Positions 8,298-16,787 of a stretch of DNA of 64,000 bases are shown here, one piece after another. Position numbers and translations under genes: made by a program. Source of the stretch: a virus; the IMG/VR virus record IMGVR_UViG_3300021138_000016, positions 1-64,000 of that record. One strand, given 5' to 3'. Below the pieces are notes generated by a model. That model had not been told where the DNA came from. It did not search any database and was given only the letters and a program-made list of their open reading frames with translations. The first letter of the stretch is position 1. Every line of letters starts with the position of its first letter.

Positions 8298-8854
8298 ATT
8301 TCCTGTTAGAAAATACAGGATGCTATAAGAAAAGTAAAGTAGAAAATCTCTTTCCAAAAGACAGAGAAGTAGTTAGCTACAAGGATATATTGCAAAGCAA
8401 TATTCCTCTTGAAGATAAGTACTGGTTCTTTTGCCATAGAGTTTTTACAGATAGTCAGAACAGACATCTTGCTATTAAAATAGCAGAAGTTGTTCTTCCT
8501 ATCTTTGAAGATAAGTATCCTGAAGATAACAGACCTCGTAAAGCAATTGAGGCTGCTAGGTTGTACCTAGCAGGTGAGATAGGTATAGAGGAGTTAGAGG
8601 CTGCTGCTGGGGCTGCTGCTAGGGCTGCTGCTTATGCTGCTGGGGCTGCTGCTAGGGCTGCTGCTTATGCTGGGGATGCTGCTAGGGCTGCTGCTTATGC
8701 TGCTGCTTATGCTGGGGATGCTGCTAGGGCTGCTGCTTATGCTGCTGCTTATGCTGGGGATGCTGATGCCTACAAAACAAAATTAACTAATATACTTACT
8801 AACTTTATCGAAAACAATTTAAAACAACAAGAAAATGCAAACAAAGACATTTAG
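8276..8854 (+). CDS. Imm5-like helical protein with Ala-rich repeat
   Basis: VLPIFEDKYPEDNRPRKAIEAAR followed by AAAR/AAAY/AGD repeats. Confidence 0.7.
   Translation: MQTEYNLDFLLENTGCYKKSKVENLFPKDREVVSYKDILQSNIPLEDKYWFFCHRVFTDSQNRHLAIKIAEVVLPIFEDKYPEDNRPRKAIEAARLYLAGEIGIEELEAAAGAAARAAAYAAGAAARAAAYAGDAARAAAYAAAYAGDAARAAAYAAAYAGDADAYKTKLTNILTNFIENNLKQQENANKDI
8600..8770 (+). repeat. GCT-based in-frame low-complexity repeat
   Basis: (GCT)n punctuated by GGG/AGG/TAT/GAT; AGDAARAAAYAAAY occurs twice. Confidence 0.9.
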
Positions 8855-9278
8855 TGTGAAGGATGGTACACTTAGAATAGAGAATAACAATATTAATCTT
8901 CATTTTGACGGGAAAGATAAAACCACATTACCGTTAGCAAGCACAGATAGAAGTAAAATTGATTTACCTTTATATATCCTCCCCTCTACCCTTATCCGCA
9001 ATCAGACTGATGAGGAATTGGCAGAGAAGAAGTATCCTTATGATGGCAGAAGTCCAATAGAAGCACTTAAAAAAGGTTTCCTATCAGGTCGCAAATCAGT
9101 AGGTGGTGAGTTTCATTTGACAAAGGAACAAGTGAAGTCTATTTACTTTGCAGCTATGGACGGCAAAACATTTGAAGGAACTTTACAATCTTTAAAGCAG
9201 TCTATCTACCCTACTACAATCACAGTAGAACACGATGGAAACAATTATTATTGGGAAACTTTAAAAGCAGAATATTGA
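8835..9278 (+). CDS. hypothetical protein
   Basis: ORF track. Confidence 0.65.
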   Translation: MQTKTFSVKDGTLRIENNNINLHFDGKDKTTLPLASTDRSKIDLPLYILPSTLIRNQTDEELAEKKYPYDGRSPIEALKKGFLSGRKSVGGEFHLTKEQVKSIYFAAMDGKTFEGTLQSLKQSIYPTTITVEHDGNNYYWETLKAEY

Positions 9279-9279
9279 T

Positions 9280-9486
9280 ATGGGAATAAGATTAGCATAT
9301 ACACCTGTTATGGTAGAACTTTTAAGAATAAAAGGAACTTACACACAATTAAATGTTCAATGGCCTATTGATTCAATTAGATGTATTGGGGATACATCAA
9401 TATATAAAACCCTTTGCTTCATCTACCCCAAAGGTAAACGCCCCGACTTAGGGTATCCAGTTAATAATAAAATTGAAGAGAAATGA
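9280..9486 (+). CDS. hypothetical protein
   Basis: ORF track; operon packing. Confidence 0.55.
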   Translation: MGIRLAYTPVMVELLRIKGTYTQLNVQWPIDSIRCIGDTSIYKTLCFIYPKGKRPDLGYPVNNKIEEK

Positions 9487-9695
9487 GTTACAAACTATTA
9501 TCCCCAATAGAAAAGCTATTTGATAGTCATATTGGTAATTTTAAGTGTGTAAAATGTGGTGCAAAAGCACACACTTGTAACTGTTGGACTAAATGTAATA
9601 TTAAAGGCTGCACTTGGTCTTATGAAACAGGAACTAAATGCGGTAATCCGAAACACAATAAAACTAGTGAAAAAATGCACGGCAAAAAATATTAA
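9483..9695 (+). CDS. Cys/His-rich small protein (Zn-binding)
   Basis: CVKC..CNC..C....C...CGNPKH. Confidence 0.6.
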   Translation: MSYKLLSPIEKLFDSHIGNFKCVKCGAKAHTCNCWTKCNIKGCTWSYETGTKCGNPKHNKTSEKMHGKKY

Positions 9696-9697
9696 TT

Positions 9698-10153
9698 ATG
9701 AGCAACTTGAATTTAATGATAGGGGATTTTATAAAAGGTAAGGGGAATGAAGCAACTTTCAAAGTTAGGGAAATATTTGTAGAAGGTATTTCTACCACTA
9801 TGAAGTACATGGATAAATATGTATTTATAGATAATGATAATATCCAACCTATCCCTCTTTCGCCAGAAGTGATGGAGAAGATTGAAAATATATCTAAAAA
9901 TGAAAATAGAGGTACTAGATACGGTTTTTTAGATGGTTATTACAATATTGACAGAGATACTGATTTAGTTGCTATTTTTGAAGATGATGGTTTATTATAC
10001 ATTTATACTTACGAGTATTCACACGAGCAATTTCAATTAGTTTGTACTTTCCAATACCTCCACCAACTCCAGCAACTAATACGATTATTAACAGGTAAAG
10101 AAATTGAAGTAAAAAATGAGTGCAGAAAGATACATAGTAAGAGATTGGCTTGA
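9698..10153 (+). CDS. conserved Bacteroidota phage protein
   Basis: LMIGD...IQPIPLSPEV...YLHQLQQLIRLLTGKEI. Confidence 0.7.
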   Translation: MSNLNLMIGDFIKGKGNEATFKVREIFVEGISTTMKYMDKYVFIDNDNIQPIPLSPEVMEKIENISKNENRGTRYGFLDGYYNIDRDTDLVAIFEDDGLLYIYTYEYSHEQFQLVCTFQYLHQLQQLIRLLTGKEIEVKNECRKIHSKRLA

Positions 10154-10517
10154 CGGTAGTGTTAAAGAGTTTGATAATTTATCAGAAGCAAAAACTGACT
10201 TTGACAATAGTGTTAAATGTTCTGTGATAGAATGTGATTGTAGTCTTTATAAAGTAATTGAATAAGTTAAATTAGGGGTACTAAATGAAGATAATGTTAA
10301 ATATAAAGATAATAGTAAGCATTATAATGGTATTGATTTAGCACTTCAACAATTTGTTGGATTTTATCACGGCAAAAGAAATAATACTGATGTAGTTGGG
10401 CTTGTGTCAAGTATGGGGTTAACTAAAACAGAATGGGAACAAATTAAAAAGCAAGGCATGCCTACATATCTTTCTGATAGTGAAATAAAAGAAATTAATA
10501 ACTATTTTAAAAAATAA
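10116..10517 (+). pseudogene. 133-codon gene interrupted by an in-frame TAA
   Basis: MSAERYIVRDW...YKVIE*VKLG...NYFKK; TAA at 10263-10265, frame continues to 2 nt before next ATG. Confidence 0.6.
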
Positions 10518-10519
10518 CA

Positions 10520-10807
10520 ATGACTAATAAGAACCTTAAAGAAGTTAAGGTTAAAATGAAAACGTATATAGATTTTTTTGGCGATAGGTTATTAGATTCT
10601 ATATTGGCAGAACTTAAAATAATTACTAGACAATTAAGAAGTTTGAATAATGGCAACCTAAAATGTATAAAATATAAACACCGCCTTAAACGAGTAGTGA
10701 AGGGTAGGCATTGGGTGAAATATAAACATTACCACCCAATAACGCATTACAAGAACAAGCATCTATTTACAACTTATAGGGGTAATGTAGGGAACTACCC
10801 GTTTTAA
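10520..10807 (+). CDS. basic hypothetical protein
   Basis: ORF track. Confidence 0.55.
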   Translation: MTNKNLKEVKVKMKTYIDFFGDRLLDSILAELKIITRQLRSLNNGNLKCIKYKHRLKRVVKGRHWVKYKHYHPITHYKNKHLFTTYRGNVGNYPF

Positions 10808-10819
10808 ACATAACACATT

Positions 10820-11056
10820 ATGACAATCGAACAACAAGCAGAAGCGATAGTAGATAAGTATAAAAACTTATTAAAGACATCAGATTTACAAACTTGCTAC
10901 ACGGGAGATTTAGATAATGAAACAAGGATAACTGCCATCCAATGCGCTATCACAGAAGTAAAGGCGTGTATAGAAACGGCGAATGATAGTATTGCATTTA
11001 AACAAACTAAACGTGATAGGCTTAATGATATTTTAGTACACTTAAAACAAATGTAA
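10820..11056 (+). CDS. MTPKEKA-family small phage protein
   Basis: MTIEQQAEAIVDKY...AIQCAITEV; resembles 15116-15328. Confidence 0.65.
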   Translation: MTIEQQAEAIVDKYKNLLKTSDLQTCYTGDLDNETRITAIQCAITEVKACIETANDSIAFKQTKRDRLNDILVHLKQM

Positions 11057-11058
11057 TT

Positions 11059-11343
11059 ATGAAAACAGTAGTACAACAATTATTGGAATTAATCCCCGAT
11101 GCTTATGAAATTAAAGATTATATCTTTGAGAATGATGCAGATACAAAGATGCTAGATAGGTGGCTATGGGAAAAAATGTTTAAAGGGAAAGATTGGGTTG
11201 AGTTGGAAAAGCAGCAAATAATAGATGCCTATGGAAAGGGGTCTATTACTGCAACATCATTAATGGACAAGAAAGCTAGAGGCGAATATTTGAACGCCGA
11301 ACAATACTATAATCAAACTTACCCCAATGAAACAACTCATTAA
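11059..11343 (+). CDS. conserved Bacteroidota phage protein
   Basis: MKTVVQQL...EKQQIIDAY...AEQYYNQTY. Confidence 0.7.
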   Translation: MKTVVQQLLELIPDAYEIKDYIFENDADTKMLDRWLWEKMFKGKDWVELEKQQIIDAYGKGSITATSLMDKKARGEYLNAEQYYNQTYPNETTH

Positions 11344-11443
11344 ATTCATTCTCGGATGCTGTCTAATCTACTTTGCAGGACGGTTGAATAATTGGTGGAT
11401 GTTAGTAGTTGGGTGCTTGATTATATGTACAATAATAGAATAA
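11327..11443 (+). CDS. small membrane protein (38 aa, not in ORF track)
   Basis: MKQLIKFILGCCLIYFAGRLNNWWMLVVGCLIICTIIE fills the gap exactly. Confidence 0.6.
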   Translation: MKQLIKFILGCCLIYFAGRLNNWWMLVVGCLIICTIIE

Positions 11444-11446
11444 TTT

Positions 11447-11635
11447 ATGAAACGAGAAAGCGGTTGGTATTGGGTGAAGTTTACTAGTGACGATGAATAT
11501 GAAATTGCAAGATGGCTTAATAGTAGATTAGCTTGGCAAATAATAGGTAGTGGGCTTTGGTTTTATGATGATGATTTTATTGAAATTAATCCTAAAATAA
11601 TAATTCCCCCACAACAATCACCAGAAGAAAAGTAA
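11447..11635 (+). CDS. small Trp-rich phage protein
   Basis: MKRESGWYWVK. Confidence 0.65.
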   Translation: MKRESGWYWVKFTSDDEYEIARWLNSRLAWQIIGSGLWFYDDDFIEINPKIIIPPQQSPEEK

Positions 11636-11639
11636 AGTT

Positions 11640-11894
11640 ATGAAATTAGGACACAAACAAAAAGGAATATTAAAATTAATGGAAGATGGATGTTTTATAA
11701 ATTCTATTTTTGATTATACAGACTGCTCTACTGTAAATGTTTTACAAGATGATGATAATAATTATCACAGTAATATTACAAATAAAGAATTACAGGCTTT
11801 GATTAATAAGGGCTTATTTAATGAACATTACATTAACAAATCTATCAACATTGATATTCGTGAGTATAGGCTTAAAACCCCAACTGTAAACTAG
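11640..11894 (+). CDS. hypothetical protein
   Basis: ORF track; end of the + operon. Confidence 0.6.
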   Translation: MKLGHKQKGILKLMEDGCFINSIFDYTDCSTVNVLQDDDNNYHSNITNKELQALINKGLFNEHYINKSINIDIREYRLKTPTVN

Positions 11895-12576
11895 GATAAT
11901 ATTGTAAGATAATAGCCTTTAGCTTGTCGATTGATATAGCTGCATCACTTGGCTTAGTACTAGTATTTGTAGGACTATTTAACCCTAACCACGCCAAAGT
12001 AAAGTGGTCGAATTTGACTACTTTAAAATAATAATCCGCTATATAAACTTGGTTGTACTTATGTGGGTGCGAAGTGCTGATTAATACACCCGTGTAAACT
12101 TCACAATCATATTTACTGCCAATACTATCAAATACTATTGCTTCTATATTTTTCCATTGTTGCTCATTGAACCACGATATTTGAAAGGCTGTATTAGTAG
12201 AAAACATCATAGTTTCCTCTGCTGCTATACTATCGAAAGACATTGATTGGTACGGGATTATATGACCGATGTCAACAGTATTATGCTTATCTCCCTTGTA
12301 TTGCTTATTGTAATTAGCATAGTCTGACTTGCTTACCGTTTGCCATTTAGATGGTATTAACGGGTCTTTATGGAACTCGGTTAATAAACTACCTTCACGC
12401 TTTAATTTTGGGCTATTATGGTGCGTAATCGTTTGAGTGTAGTGGTTTAGTATCCCTTGACAAAACACCGTATCAAATTGCACCGTATAGTACTTATGGT
12501 TAAGTTGTATCGTATGCTGCCCCCACGAGTTGACTACAATCACTAACCAACTGAAAAATAATAATGTTTGTTTCAT
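11872..12576 (-). CDS. secreted DNA/RNA non-specific endonuclease (NucA/Serratia betabetaalpha-Me family)
   Basis: Signal peptide ending SWG-Q; DIGHIIP, TMMFSTNTAFQ, FNEQQWKNIE, YYFKVV. Confidence 0.85.
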   Translation of the reverse strand: MKQTLLFFSWLVIVVNSWGQHTIQLNHKYYTVQFDTVFCQGILNHYTQTITHHNSPKLKREGSLLTEFHKDPLIPSKWQTVSKSDYANYNKQYKGDKHNTVDIGHIIPYQSMSFDSIAAEETMMFSTNTAFQISWFNEQQWKNIEAIVFDSIGSKYDCEVYTGVLISTSHPHKYNQVYIADYYFKVVKFDHFTLAWLGLNSPTNTSTKPSDAAISIDKLKAIILQYYPSLQLGF

Positions 12577-12581
12577 ATTTA

Positions 12582-12610
12582 CAAAGATAGTTTATAAATG
12601 ATTATATTTG
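12582..12610. promoter_or_regulatory. back-to-back Bacteroidota -7 promoter elements
   Basis: TATCTTTG on - (12589-12582, 5 nt before nuclease ATG) and TATATTTG on + (12603-12610). Confidence 0.7.
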
Positions 12611-12614
12611 CCCC

Positions 12615-12745
12615 AACAGTACTTGGCAGCTTACCATTAGAACAGCTTACTGGTCAAGTCTTTTATTTAAGCCGACTTGGTTTTACCCGTTTGGTCTTAT
12701 CAAGCCGCAAAAAGTCCTCTGTTTTTTAACAGGGGCTTTTTTATG
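12615..12745 (+). ncRNA. candidate small structured RNA
   Basis: ORF-less, locally GC-richer stretch between a -7 element and a terminator; several short stems. Confidence 0.45.
12709..12742. terminator. intrinsic terminator (likely bidirectional)
   Basis: AAAAAGTCCTCTGTT-TTTT-AACAGGGGCTTTTTT. Confidence 0.75.
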
Positions 12746-12879
12746 TCGACTATTCTGCTCATTTTACTTGCCATATTTTAATAAGCATCTCGGATATTTT
12801 CCGAATAGTAACCATTTAATTATCAATTTTGATAGTAATTTTGTTAATACATTATCAAAATTACTATTATTGGGTGATA

Positions 12880-13089
12880 TTACGGCAACTTCATATAATT
12901 CTCTGCACGTTCTTTAGCTATCTTTTTATTGTCATCCTCAAACCACTGCTTTAATAAACTATCTTTTGAAATTGCCGACATTTTAACACCAGTATCATAA
13001 CCTACTTCTATACACTCCTTCATTAATTCAAGAAGCATAAACGTAGGATTATAACCTATCTTTTTTAATCGCTTTTCTGCTTTAGTCAT
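12880..13089 (-). CDS. hypothetical protein, paralog of the adjacent gene
   Basis: Start moved to MTKAEKRL by alignment with MTPIEKRL of 13103-13285. Confidence 0.65.
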   Translation of the reverse strand: MTKAEKRLKKIGYNPTFMLLELMKECIEVGYDTGVKMSAISKDSLLKQWFEDDNKKIAKERAENYMKLP

Positions 13090-13102
13090 AGTTGTATTTG
13101 TT

Positions 13103-13285
13103 TCAGTTACTAACTTTCTTCTTTTCTTCGCTAAACCAATCACGCTGCAAGTCCTCTAGTGTGGTGGTGGATAACCCCATACAAGCGGTGGCGTAACCTA
13201 TTGCCATCATATTCTTTAGCAAGTTAATTAGCGGCTCTGTTGGGGCTATATTACATTCTAGTAGTCTTTTTTCTATTGGGGTCAT
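13103..13285 (-). CDS. hypothetical protein, paralog of the adjacent gene
   Basis: MTPIEKRL...PT..L..L.K...GY.T...WF.E. Confidence 0.65.
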   Translation of the reverse strand: MTPIEKRLLECNIAPTEPLINLLKNMMAIGYATACMGLSTTTLEDLQRDWFSEEKKKVSN

Positions 13286-13288
13286 ATT

Positions 13289-14533
13289 TTACAATTTAGT
13301 TAAATCAAAAAAATAATCTTCGTGGCTTACCGTTGCTGAATGCTTGTCTATTACCTGTATTGAATAGCCGCTATATGAGCCGTTGTAGTTGTGGCTACTA
13401 TGGAAGGATGGCGGCGCAAATGACATATAATTGCGATAGTCAAACTTATTGCAACGCTTGTATCCTAATTGGTGCAAGTCCCCTTTATCAACGTGAATAA
13501 ACTTAGAATTAATCCCGTGATAGTCTATGTAGCTCCTAAAAAATTCTACAATAGTCGGGGTAAGGTCTAAGGATAAATTCTTAACCCTTTGCTTTTCGTC
13601 CTTTCCGTGAGTGAGGATAAAACAATGGTCACCGTAAAAGAAATGCTCTACAAACTTATTAAGTATTTTAAAACCTATTTGCCCGTTGCCGTAAATTCTA
13701 TCTAATACCATTTTAATGGTTTCGTTGGCTATCCTTGCAAAGTCGCCGCTATGATTATCATTGGAAACATTACGGCACTCTATATTATCGGAAACGTTGG
13801 CAGCTATTAACCTTTCAATTAGGTTTAGTTTCCCCGTAACAAAGGTCTTGAACGCATCAACATTACTCATATTCTGTGGTAAGTCGTGACCGCCTCTAGT
13901 TGTTAAACCATTCCAACCGTCTAAGCCATCGCCTAAGTCATCTATAAATAAAGTGTCAAATTTACCAAACTGATTATGCTTTGCAATTACAGAATTATAA
14001 ACGCTATCTAAGTTTTGAAAGAATATATCTGCGTTGTATTTGTAGTTGTAAATTCCGTATCCGTTGGGGTTTGGGTCTAGTCCAACGTGGGCATCTGATA
14101 TGGTTACTTTTAAGGCTTTTTGGCAAGTCTCGTTAGGTGTTGAAGGTATCTTTATTCTAGTGGTTAATCTTTCGGTTATTATGTCCTCTATTGATTTTAA
14201 AATGTCGCTTTCTTGTGTTTGTTCGCATTTTACGAATATGGAAGCATCTTTAGTTTTCCACCAGTAATGCGTGACCCTTTCTGGCGGCAATCCGTCTCTT
14301 TCGCACTCATTAACTAAGGCTTGGTGTTTTTCTTCTGTCTTTCTTTGCCTATACCCTTCTTCTAACTTAGGCAGTTTGCCCTCTTTGCGAAGTTCCATTA
14401 CTTGTTTAACAATGTAATTCTTAGTACTCTTAAACCGTTTCGCAATACTATCGTAGCTTTCATCTTGGTGCGATAAAAAGTACTCCTTTATCTGTTCTGT
14501 CTTTGTTTTACTTTTTTCTTCGGTGTTAGGCAT
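13289..14533 (-). CDS. calcineurin-like metallophosphoesterase with N-terminal HTH
   Basis: SDAHVG, DLGDGLDG, NDNH, THG, GDLHQ metal-binding motifs. Confidence 0.8.
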   Translation of the reverse strand: MPNTEEKSKTKTEQIKEYFLSHQDESYDSIAKRFKSTKNYIVKQVMELRKEGKLPKLEEGYRQRKTEEKHQALVNECERDGLPPERVTHYWWKTKDASIFVKCEQTQESDILKSIEDIITERLTTRIKIPSTPNETCQKALKVTISDAHVGLDPNPNGYGIYNYKYNADIFFQNLDSVYNSVIAKHNQFGKFDTLFIDDLGDGLDGWNGLTTRGGHDLPQNMSNVDAFKTFVTGKLNLIERLIAANVSDNIECRNVSNDNHSGDFARIANETIKMVLDRIYGNGQIGFKILNKFVEHFFYGDHCFILTHGKDEKQRVKNLSLDLTPTIVEFFRSYIDYHGINSKFIHVDKGDLHQLGYKRCNKFDYRNYMSFAPPSFHSSHNYNGSYSGYSIQVIDKHSATVSHEDYFFDLTKL

Positions 14534-14585
14534 ATTTTCTTTTTAATTAAGCGTAACGGCTCAAATATTATCGGGGGTGTGGGCA

Positions 14586-15119
14586 TTATACAAACAGTTT
14601 TTTAGCTTGTGAGTACATACTATTAAAGTCGCTTATCTCTATTGCAGTAGGCTTATAGTTCTTATCACCATACACCCATAAATCTTCGTAGGCTTGGCAG
14701 AAATTAGCTTCGGTTACATCGGTAAAAGATACATAAGGACTGTTAATTTTTCCGCCTACATAAAGCCCTCTAGTGGCAATTTCATCACTAAGAATATCTA
14801 CACTAGCTTTCCAACTATCAAAACATAAAAAACCCCTTGATTTGCCCGTAAGGTTTTCATTTTCGATGCAGTAGCCTGTGAAATGAACGCTGTATTTGTT
14901 TGGGAATTTGTCTCCATCGCTTTGTAAGCCAATATAGTTGTTTTGCACCCCTGCCGTTCCATTTGCGCCCTCATTCCTAAATATTAAGTAAGTAGCCCTT
15001 TTAACTTCTAACGGTACTTCTAGTGTCTTTATATAAGCAATAACACTATCCATATCAATAGAAGTCTTTTTATATGGTAGTTGTGGTAGTAGTGGGTATG
15101 CTTTGTTGTATTGTGTCAT
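14586..15119 (-). CDS. endolysin, lysozyme-fold (GH73 glucosaminidase-like)
   Basis: RNEGANG...NNYIGLQ...FLCFDSWKASV; next to spanin/holin genes. Confidence 0.65.
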   Translation of the reverse strand: MTQYNKAYPLLPQLPYKKTSIDMDSVIAYIKTLEVPLEVKRATYLIFRNEGANGTAGVQNNYIGLQSDGDKFPNKYSVHFTGYCIENENLTGKSRGFLCFDSWKASVDILSDEIATRGLYVGGKINSPYVSFTDVTEANFCQAYEDLWVYGDKNYKPTAIEISDFNSMYSQAKKLFV

Positions 15120-15328
15120 AACGCTTCAATTTCTAATTTAACTTGTTTCCAATATTGATTATGACCAGAGTGTATTTCTTTATCATTTGTAAGATAAATA
15201 CTAGGCACTTGGTTATAAACCTCTTCTACTGCAATATAAGCCATAGTTTTTGCGTGACCTATAAACATACCCTTTTCGATATTAAGAAACTTATCTACTA
15301 ACTCCTTAGCTTTTTCTTTCGGTGTCAT
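15116..15328 (-). CDS. MTPKEKA-family small phage protein
   Basis: MTPKEKAKELVDKF...YWKQVKLEIEAL. Confidence 0.75.
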   Translation of the reverse strand: MTPKEKAKELVDKFLNIEKGMFIGHAKTMAYIAVEEVYNQVPSIYLTNDKEIHSGHNQYWKQVKLEIEAL

Positions 15329-15513
15329 ACTATAAAAATTGTATTTATTAAATGAGTAAAAAAGTCGTTATCTTGTTTAATTTTCTGCTTTACTTGTTCT
15401 TTCTTCCTCAATACCTTATCTACATAAACATCTTTGCTTTGTAATATCTCATCGCTTTCAACTTCAACCATTACTTTCTTTTCGCCTACTTGTATTACTA
15501 TTTTATAAGTCAT
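15325..15513 (-). CDS. hypothetical protein
   Basis: ATGA overlaps on both sides. Confidence 0.6.
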   Translation of the reverse strand: MTYKIVIQVGEKKVMVEVESDEILQSKDVYVDKVLRKKEQVKQKIKQDNDFFTHLINTIFIV

Positions 15514-16028
15514 AATCTAGGTTTTACAATATACAATACCAACGCAATTACTATCGCTGCAATCAATAGCCAAAAGTACAACTCCCACCTACTAGCATCT
15601 TTTTCGTTTGATGCTGCTTGTAATCGGCTATCTGTTACCGCTTGGTTAAGTATTGCTATCTGCTTATCCTTATCCTCAATTTGCGATTTAAGTATGGATA
15701 GTTGTTGATTATCTACTATCGTATCTTTATCGTGAATGTGAATAGTATTAGTGTGGGTTATTGTAGTTGTATCGTGTATGTAATTGCCTACTGTATCATG
15801 ACAAGTAACTATAGATGTATCGTGTAAATAGCTTGTATCGCTACTATGCGATATCACCTTATTATCGCAAGGGTGTAAGCTAGTGTACACTTTCCCAACC
15901 GTATCGAATAACGGTTCTTTAGTAAGCACCTTCTGTAGTGCTGTACGGTCGGACATACAACCTATAAAAACGTTGCCCCAAATAATAAAGTTAAATAACC
16001 ATAATAATATTACTGTTGATTTTTTCAT
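15510..16028 (-). CDS. unimolecular spanin-like lipoprotein
   Basis: Signal peptide with lipobox FIG-C, D-T repeats, coiled coil, C-terminal TM helix. Confidence 0.65.
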   Translation of the reverse strand: MKKSTVILLWLFNFIIWGNVFIGCMSDRTALQKVLTKEPLFDTVGKVYTSLHPCDNKVISHSSDTSYLHDTSIVTCHDTVGNYIHDTTTITHTNTIHIHDKDTIVDNQQLSILKSQIEDKDKQIAILNQAVTDSRLQAASNEKDASRWELYFWLLIAAIVIALVLYIVKPRL

Positions 16029-16079
16029 TTGTATTTATTTTAATAACCGTATAAAACTTCTAGTGTGTTGTTGAAGTGC

Positions 16080-16280
16080 CTAAAATGGTGCTATTATTAT
16101 GAGCAATAAAAACAATGTTAATAGTACTAAGTATGATATTGGGTTATATTTATTCAACCCCTTTGTAGAATAACTTTTTAAGCCAGTGTTAGGGTCTTCG
16201 TAAGGCGGCTTACCATCCGACTTAATCACTTTTAATTTTATCAATATAAAAGCAAGTAAAAGTTTTATTTTGTTACTCAT
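16080..16280 (-). CDS. small membrane protein
   Basis: C-terminal hydrophobic helix. Confidence 0.5.
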   Translation of the reverse strand: MSNKIKLLLAFILIKLKVIKSDGKPPYEDPNTGLKSYSTKGLNKYNPISYLVLLTLFLLLIIIAPF

Positions 16281-16480
16281 TTTCTTTTCATTTTAATTAA
16301 ATCAGAATCAGATAATTGTAAATCGTGAATATCATCTTTAGTTAATCCACTTATATTGCAATAAAAATTAGCAGGGTATTTTATCACAACTGTACACCCC
16401 ACCAACGCCCCTAACATAGCCAAAAAGACTATCATTATGAATAAGTAGTTGTAGCCTTCGGTGTGTTGTTTATGGTGCAT
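16277..16480 (-). CDS. small membrane/lipoprotein
   Basis: Hydrophobic segment ending LVG-C. Confidence 0.5.
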   Translation of the reverse strand: MHHKQHTEGYNYLFIMIVFLAMLGALVGCTVVIKYPANFYCNISGLTKDDIHDLQLSDSDLIKMKRK

Positions 16481-16485
16481 ATTAC

Positions 16486-16569
16486 TTAAATTTTAAACAT
16501 AACCCAACCCACGACACAAACTATCGCTGTAAGGATTACTTCTTTAGTGAGGAATAGTAGATGTTTCAT
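16486..16569 (-). CDS. 27-aa hydrophobic peptide (not in ORF track)
   Basis: MKHLLFLTKEVILTAIVCVVGWVMFKI, A-rich leader. Confidence 0.5.
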   Translation of the reverse strand: MKHLLFLTKEVILTAIVCVVGWVMFKI

Positions 16570-16582
16570 TTTTTCTAATTTT

Positions 16583-16620
16583 AAAAGTACCCTCTATCGT
16601 TCTTGTGTTAGATAGAGGGC
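16583..16620 (-). terminator. hairpin / weak intrinsic terminator
   Basis: GCCCTCTATC-(12 nt)-GATAGAGGGT then ACTTTT on - strand. Confidence 0.5.
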
Positions 16621-16787
16621 GTTAAGTGTGTCTCGGACACTAGCCCCGTATGATTTGAGGGCGAACTTGGGGCAATGTAGCCGCAATGATGTTAAAAATG
16701 TGGGTCTCTGGAAACGTTATAACACTGCTTAGGTGCGTATGCGTTGTGCAATCCTTTTATGCCACATTCATTTACTTGCACCATAAT

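Noticed and set aside
16620-16787. Twister, HDV/theta, hammerhead ribozyme or tRNA
   Set aside because: Catalytic core consensus and T-loop motifs not found on either strand
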